The translations under genes were made by a program, and so were the position numbers. Of a DNA stretch of 55,373 nt, positions 49,976 through 55,373 are shown one piece after another. Position 1 is the first letter of the stretch. Each line of letters begins with the position of its first letter. The notes under the pieces are model-generated. The model worked only from the letters and a program-made list of their open reading frames with translations. It made no database searches and was not told the DNA's origin. Origin of the DNA: an uncultured bacterium (lineage in GTDB: Bacteria > UBP14 > UBA6098 > B30-G16); NCBI GenBank assembly GCA_965552135.1, contig CBEVQY010000017.1, forward strand, positions 1 to 55,373, written 5' to 3'.

Positions 49976-50462
49976 GTCGGCTTTGGCGCAGGAGCTTGGG
50001 CGCTTCCTTTCGGGCAGATGGGGCGTTTTGGGGATAGGGAACGTTCTTCGCAGCGACGACGCCTTCGGAAGCGCCGTTGCGAGAAGGCTTCTGGAGCTCT
50101 TCCGGGATGCGCCCGCCTCAAGCTTTATCTTCGACGGCGGCGTTGCCCCCGAAAACTTCGTCGGGAAGATAGCCAGAGCACGCATCGAGAACCTGCTTGT
50201 TGTGGATTCGGTGATGTTCGGCGGGCGATACGGCGAGCTCAGGCTTTTCGACGTGGAGGAGCTTTTTGCGCCCTTCGTCTTGACGCACGGACCCTCGAAC
50301 TTCGAGCTTTTGGCTCGGGCGCTGCCGGAGACGCGGATAAAGGTCTTGGCATCCCATCCGCGCAACACGCGCCTCGGGACGAAGATGTCGCCCCAGGTAC
50401 TTGAGGCTGTTGAGAGAGCCGTAAGGCTTATCGCGGAGGCGGCTGGTGGGCAAAAGCGTTAG
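49965..50462 (+). CDS. Hydrogenase maturation protease (HycI-like)
   Basis: LGIGNVLRSDDAFG, DGGVAPENF, VVDS, THG, MSPQV. Confidence 0.85.
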   Translation: MVDESALAQELGRFLSGRWGVLGIGNVLRSDDAFGSAVARRLLELFRDAPASSFIFDGGVAPENFVGKIARARIENLLVVDSVMFGGRYGELRLFDVEELFAPFVLTHGPSNFELLARALPETRIKVLASHPRNTRLGTKMSPQVLEAVERAVRLIAEAAGGQKR

Positions 50463-50520
50463 CTTTGCGCCGACGAAGCTTCCGCTAACCGTAAAGCGAT
50501 TCTTGACTTGCAGAAAGGGC

Positions 50521-50550
50521 TTGCCAATTTTTGTTTTGGGCGATAAATTG
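50521..50550 (+). promoter_or_regulatory. Putative promoter for tRNA-Pro and sprA
   Basis: TTGCCA, 17-nt spacer, TAAATT(G), just upstream of the tRNA. Confidence 0.55.
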
Positions 50551-50558
50551 ATATTCGT

Positions 50559-50635
50559 CGGGGCGTGGCGCAGTCTGGTAGCGCACTGGCATGGGGGGCC
50601 AGTGGTCCCCGGTTCAAATCCGGGCGCCCCGACCA
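50559..50635 (+). tRNA. tRNA-Pro (anticodon GGG), CCA encoded
   Basis: CGGGGCGTGGCGCAGTCTGGTAGCGCA-CTGGC AT GGG GG GCCAG-TGGTCCCCGGTTCAAATCCGGGCGCCCCGACCA. Confidence 0.96.
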
Positions 50636-50714
50636 TATTTTAAAGCCCCCGGAAGGAGGAGGGGTTTGAAGACAAACTGCACAGGGATTGTCTACAGCAT
50701 CCCCGGGTGGCAGT

Positions 50715-53700
50715 TTGAGGAGGCTTTTTCTTACATACTTTGCGCTTTGCGCCACAGCGTTTGGCTGGGACATTGCCCTTCAGGAGAGCGGTCGATATTT
50801 TCTTCCCCTGCGTGGGCGCTTTGAGCCCGACCCTATATGTGCTGCAGCGTCCGTCGCCTGTCTGTCCTACGACGCCGTTCCGGTGGAGAGGGTTGCTGTA
50901 GTCGATTTTGAACTGGGGGTCGTCTTCATCCACGAGACCGTGTGCGGCGAATACATCTATGCCCCGCGCGCAGTGCCCATCGACTCCTTCGTCGAGCAGA
51001 TGGAGTGGCAGAGGTGGAGGGTTTCGGTGAGGTCATCGCAGGGTGATCAGAGGCGCAGGGGGACGCAGATAGAGATTCCGATGGATCTTCCGCCGACGGT
51101 TCGGACGATAATCGGCACGGGCGGCGCCGGGCTTTCCGTCAACGGGTCGTACAAGATAACGATGTCGGGTCGCAGCGAGTGGTCGGACAGGGAGGCGTTC
51201 TTCGGCAGCAAGTGGCCCCAGCTGCAGATGGAGCAGGAGTCGCGCTTCACGATAACGGGGAATATTGGCTCGAAGATAAAGGTCAAGGTCGATCAGGACA
51301 GCCAGCGCGAAACCGACCTCGAAAACACCATAAACATAAAGTACACCGGCGAGGAAGACGATGTGGTTCAGTCGATAGAGGCGGGCAACACGACTCTCTC
51401 GCTTCCTGGGTTTTCGCTTTTGGGCTACAGCGAGCGCGTGAGGGGGCTTTTCGGCATAAAGGGCGTTTTCCAGGTGGGCGACTGGAACATAACCACGATA
51501 GCGAGCCAGGAGAAGGCAAACACCCAAAAGGTCACCGTAAGACCGCAGGCGTCCAGCGTCACAAAGCACATAGCCGACTACGACTATAAAGCCAGAACCT
51601 ACTTCTACATCGACGACCAGTACGTGGAGAGAACCTACAGCGAGGGGGATTCGATAAGCTTTTTCGAGCTTTACATCTGTCATCCCGGTCAGTACAGTCC
51701 CAATGCGGTTTTCGCGTGGGCGCTTGTTGATCCCGGCAACAGCGAGGATGACCTTCCGCCAACGCTTGGCACCGATTCGCTTTCCGCCGACAGCGCCGTA
51801 AGCGGATACTTCGAGAAGGTCGATCCATCCCAGTACTACGTTGACCGCAAGCACGGCTGGTTCAGGCTGAATACCCAGGCCGGCAGGGACGATATTATAG
51901 GCGTTATGTACATCTGCCAGCACTCCGACGGCACAGCCGACACCGTGGGATTCATAGGCTCCGATTCGACCACGTGGTACCTAAAGCTCATAAAGCCCCA
52001 AAGCCTTCAGCCCACAAGCCCTTGCTGGGAGTATGAGTGGCGCAACGTTTACGACCTTGGGGTTCAGGACATAAGGCTTGAGGAGACCTTTATCCGCCTT
52101 TTCCGCTGGTCGGGCGCCGTCGGTACCGACTCGCTCGAGACCGTCCCCGGCAACGCAAACGTCTTTATGCTCACGTGGTACGGCATGGACTCCCTCGACG
52201 ACATAAGCAACGAGCCTTCGGTCACGGGTGACGGCATAGTTGATCAGCTTCCGTACTACATCGATGCGTCGCGAGGCGAGCTTATATTCCCCGTGCCGCA
52301 CCCATTCGACCCGCAGGATATAGATGTCGCCATCTGCCCTGCCCTCGCCGACTTCCCCGACTCCCTGCGAAACCCCGCGATATACAACTCCACCGAAAGC
52401 TCCGAGCAGCAGCGATACCACCACTTCTTCATCTTCGCCGAGACGAAGGGGTTCTCCACGGCGATAAACCTTGGCTACAACATCATCCCCGGAAGCGAGG
52501 TTGTGAAGCTAAACGGCGTGAGGCTCGAGAAGGACAAGGACTACACGATACTCTACGAGGTTGGTCAGCTGAGGCTTATCTCCGAGCGAGCTCGCGATCC
52601 CAACGCGAGCCTCGAGATAACCTTCGAGGCTCAGCCGTTTTTCTCACTTCAGCAGAAGACCCTTTTGGGCACGAGCATAAAGTACGAGCTTGGCGAGGAT
52701 TCGTGGTTTGGTGTTGCCGGTCTGTACAAGAGCGTGACGACGCCGGAGCGTCGTCCTCGGGTTGGCGGCGAGCCAACGCGCGCTTTCATAGGCGCCGCAA
52801 ACCTCAGGCTCTCGCAGGAGCTTCCGTTTTTGACGAAGCTTGTGGACGCGCTGCCGCTCATCCAAACCGATGCCCCTTCCTCGGCTGTCCTCTCGCTTGA
52901 GGCGGCAAAGCTTATGTCGACACCAAACACCATAGGCAAAGCCTACATCGACGACTTCGAGGGCAGCCGTGGATACGACCCCATATCGATCACAAGGACG
53001 ATGTGGACCCCGGCAAGCGCCCCCTACGGCTATTCTGATCAGCCGAGAGCCAAGATGATATGGTACAACCCCTACGACAAGGTTCCCGTCTCCCACATCT
53101 GGCCGAACAAGGAGGTTCCCTCGCAGGAGAGCACCGTTGACGTTTTGACGTTGGAGTTTATCGATACCACGACTGCTCCCGGGGATTCGATGCCGTGGGC
53201 TGGCATAATGCAGTACATAAACCCCGCCTATCAGGACCAGCAGGACGCGCAGTTTTTGGAGATTTGGGTTTGCGGCGACGAGGGCGTTTTGAACATCGAC
53301 ATAGGCTGGATAAGCGAGGACGCCGACGGCGACGGCGAGCTCGATACCGAGGACAAGAAGGTGGGCGGGGTTTACAACAACATCCTCGACGTCGACGAGG
53401 ACACGGGGCTTGATGGTCTTCCCGATGAGCAGGAGCCCGGATACGACCCCGTCACAAACCCCGATCCCAACGGCGACAACTGGTACTGGGACGAAAGCAA
53501 CCCCTACGACTACTCCCACATAAACGGAACCGAGGGGAACGCCTTAGACCCTCTGGGCTTGCGAAAGCCCGACACAGAAGACCTCAACAGAAACGGCGTC
53601 CTGGATATATACAACAAGTACTTCGAGTTTAAGATAGACCTTTCCGACTCGAACTTTATGGTTCCCGGTACGAGGTCGGAGTACGGCTGGCGCCTTTATC

Positions 53701-55373
53701 GGATACCGCTTCAGGACTCCCTCTTCAGGCTCGTTGAGGACGGCAGGGTTCACCACAGGATCGAGGTTGGGAACCCGACCCTTGCCGAGATCAAGTACAT
53801 CCGCCTTTGGCTCACCGACGTCCCCGACGGCGAGGCTAAGGTGAGCATAGCGCAGATATCGTTCGTCAGGAACCAGTGGGACGAAGACTTCGACCACTTC
53901 GAGGTGGCGGTCAAGAACTCCCAGGAGGACCAGGACTACTCTCCGCCGCCCGGCGTTGAGGGTGAGCGAGACCCCACGACCGGCATAACCCTCGCCGAGC
54001 AGTCGCTTGCGCTTAAGTACAAAAACCTCCCGCCGCTTGACACGGTTTACGCCGAAAGGACGCTATCCTCGGAGTATGCGGAGGACTACACGCAGTACAG
54101 ACGCCTTACTATGTGGGTTTACTTCGACACGAGCAAGTCGGACGGGGTGCCCCCGATCCTTTTCTTCAGATTTGGGGACAACCAGGGGAACTACTACGAG
54201 TATCGCACCAAGACGCTCTACCCCGGCTGGGACGAGCGCAACAGGGTCGTTGTGGATTTCGACGAGTTGACCTTCTTCAAGGAGAGGTATCAGGAGGCGC
54301 TTTCGGACACCACGGGTTCCACCCCTTTGCCCGACTCCCTTGCGGGGCACGGCAACGGCTACTACCGCGTTTCGGGCAACCCAACGCTTACGAGCATAAC
54401 CCACTTCGAGATAGGGCTTATAAACCCTGACCCCAACTTTCCCATCTCGGGCGAGGTTTGGTGCGATGAGCTTGTGGTCGAGGACGTGAGGGAGGAGTCC
54501 GGCAAGGCTTACAAGGGCGAGTTTACCCTGACTGCGGCGGACTTCGCCACCTTTATCGCGAGCGTCACAAGCAAGGACGACGATTTCCACGGGCTTACCG
54601 AGACAAGAAGCGGCAGCGGATACTACTACGGCTACCGCAGCACAACGAGGCGTCAGAGAGCATCGACCTTAGAGCAAAGCTACACCGCCAACTTCAAGCT
54701 GGGCAAGTTCTTCCCGTACAGGTGGCACGCGCTTCTTCCGCTTTCCGTCTCGTACAAGCACTCCGTCTCCATCCCGCGCTTTAGGACCAACTCGGACGTC
54801 GTCGTTCCCGACTCGCTGCGCGACGAGGAGAAGACGGTCACGAAGACGACGACCGTCTCCCTTCCCGGGATAGGCGTCTCTCCCGAGGAGCCGGGCTGGG
54901 CTTTGGCGCTTTTCGTTGTGCCGAACAGGCTCTCGTACAGCTATCAGAAGTCGACAAGCAGCTCCCCAACCTATCCCGAGGACTACACAACCAACTACAC
55001 GATAACCCATAAGTACGAGCTTTCGCCCGGTCGTGAGGCGGGCAAGCTTGTTTTCAAGATCTTTGAGCGCGACAGCGCCGAGGGCAAGGGCTTGGGCGGA
55101 GAGGGGATATCGATCTCATACGTTCCCTCAAACGTTTCGCTTGTGACGACCGTCACGGCGCGGAAGGTTCACAAGCTCAACTACCAGGGCACCCGCACCG
55201 AGTCCTTCTCACGCGACCTGAACCACGACCTAAAGCTCCAGTTCAAGCCCCTCGAGGACGTCACGGCGGATTTCTCACTCAACGTCAAGCGCGACATCCA
55301 CATGCCCGACTGGCTGCAGATAGGTCCGCCCACCATATTCGGCAAGCCGAAGAGCAAAACAATAAACGACGGC
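50715..55373 (+). CDS. sprA: T9SS outer-membrane translocon SprA/Sov homologue; truncated by the right window edge
   Basis: Absent from the ORF track because it has no stop in the window. From TTG at 50715: signal peptide MRRLFLTYFALCATAFG, then ITGNIGSKIKVKVDQDS...LENTINIKYTGEEDDVVQSIEAGNTTLSLP...GLFGIK...TTIASQEK, NIIPGSEVVKLNG..L...DY, AYIDDFEGS, MIWYNP, NGTEGN...PDTEDLNRNGVLD, GEVWCDEL. These are SprA-type motifs. Confidence 0.88.
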   Translation, partial: MRRLFLTYFALCATAFGWDIALQESGRYFLPLRGRFEPDPICAAASVACLSYDAVPVERVAVVDFELGVVFIHETVCGEYIYAPRAVPIDSFVEQMEWQRWRVSVRSSQGDQRRRGTQIEIPMDLPPTVRTIIGTGGAGLSVNGSYKITMSGRSEWSDREAFFGSKWPQLQMEQESRFTITGNIGSKIKVKVDQDSQRETDLENTINIKYTGEEDDVVQSIEAGNTTLSLPGFSLLGYSERVRGLFGIKGVFQVGDWNITTIASQEKANTQKVTVRPQASSVTKHIADYDYKARTYFYIDDQYVERTYSEGDSISFFELYICHPGQYSPNAVFAWALVDPGNSEDDLPPTLGTDSLSADSAVSGYFEKVDPSQYYVDRKHGWFRLNTQAGRDDIIGVMYICQHSDGTADTVGFIGSDSTTWYLKLIKPQSLQPTSPCWEYEWRNVYDLGVQDIRLEETFIRLFRWSGAVGTDSLETVPGNANVFMLTWYGMDSLDDISNEPSVTGDGIVDQLPYYIDASRGELIFPVPHPFDPQDIDVAICPALADFPDSLRNPAIYNSTESSEQQRYHHFFIFAETKGFSTAINLGYNIIPGSEVVKLNGVRLEKDKDYTILYEVGQLRLISERARDPNASLEITFEAQPFFSLQQKTLLGTSIKYELGEDSWFGVAGLYKSVTTPERRPRVGGEPTRAFIGAANLRLSQELPFLTKLVDALPLIQTDAPSSAVLSLEAAKLMSTPNTIGKAYIDDFEGSRGYDPISITRTMWTPASAPYGYSDQPRAKMIWYNPYDKVPVSHIWPNKEVPSQESTVDVLTLEFIDTTTAPGDSMPWAGIMQYINPAYQDQQDAQFLEIWVCGDEGVLNIDIGWISEDADGDGELDTEDKKVGGVYNNILDVDEDTGLDGLPDEQEPGYDPVTNPDPNGDNWYWDESNPYDYSHINGTEGNALDPLGLRKPDTEDLNRNGVLDIYNKYFEFKIDLSDSNFMVPGTRSEYGWRLYRIPLQDSLFRLVEDGRVHHRIEVGNPTLAEIKYIRLWLTDVPDGEAKVSIAQISFVRNQWDEDFDHFEVAVKNSQEDQDYSPPPGVEGERDPTTGITLAEQSLALKYKNLPPLDTVYAERTLSSEYAEDYTQYRRLTMWVYFDTSKSDGVPPILFFRFGDNQGNYYEYRTKTLYPGWDERNRVVVDFDELTFFKERYQEALSDTTGSTPLPDSLAGHGNGYYRVSGNPTLTSITHFEIGLINPDPNFPISGEVWCDELVVEDVREESGKAYKGEFTLTAADFATFIASVTSKDDDFHGLTETRSGSGYYYGYRSTTRRQRASTLEQSYTANFKLGKFFPYRWHALLPLSVSYKHSVSIPRFRTNSDVVVPDSLRDEEKTVTKTTTVSLPGIGVSPEEPGWALALFVVPNRLSYSYQKSTSSSPTYPEDYTTNYTITHKYELSPGREAGKLVFKIFERDSAEGKGLGGEGISISYVPSNVSLVTTVTARKVHKLNYQGTRTESFSRDLNHDLKLQFKPLEDVTADFSLNVKRDIHMPDWLQIGPPTIFGKPKSKTINDG

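Noticed and set aside
50559..50715. tRNA-Pro or the left-hand tRNAs as a genomic island or prophage attachment site
   Set aside because: There is no integrase, no duplicated tRNA 3' end that I could see, and no compositional shift. The flanking genes are ordinary chromosomal genes.

Overview
A densely coding, roughly 60% GC bacterial chromosome segment with no sign of phage or transposons. The fused lpxC-fabZ, the short Bacteroidota/Chlorobi-type primary sigma factor, tamB/tamA-like genes and sprA point to the FCB superphylum. Clear Shine-Dalgarno sites argue against core Bacteroidota, so an uncultured FCB lineage is likely (inference). Most genes are housekeeping: nif3-like, three tRNAs, lpxC-fabZ, folE2/folC/folP, kbl, dksA/traR-like, ftsH, uvrD/pcrA, recO, mutS2, rpoD and clpC. 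Five things stand out. (1) A type IX secretion (T9SS) signature: a sprA translocon gene that the ORF track misses, plus five cargo proteins with C-terminal sorting domains, three of them proteases. (2) An orphan cas6 with no array or other cas genes, lying between rpoD and two unknown secreted-protein genes. (3) A lower-GC tract that crosses the boundary of those two genes, one of which has a strongly conserved duplicated motif. (4) An apparent operon joining T9SS proteases to glycan transfer and flippase genes. (5) Promoters that look intermediate between E. coli and Bacteroides types. All calls come from reading motifs by eye; no database searches were run.
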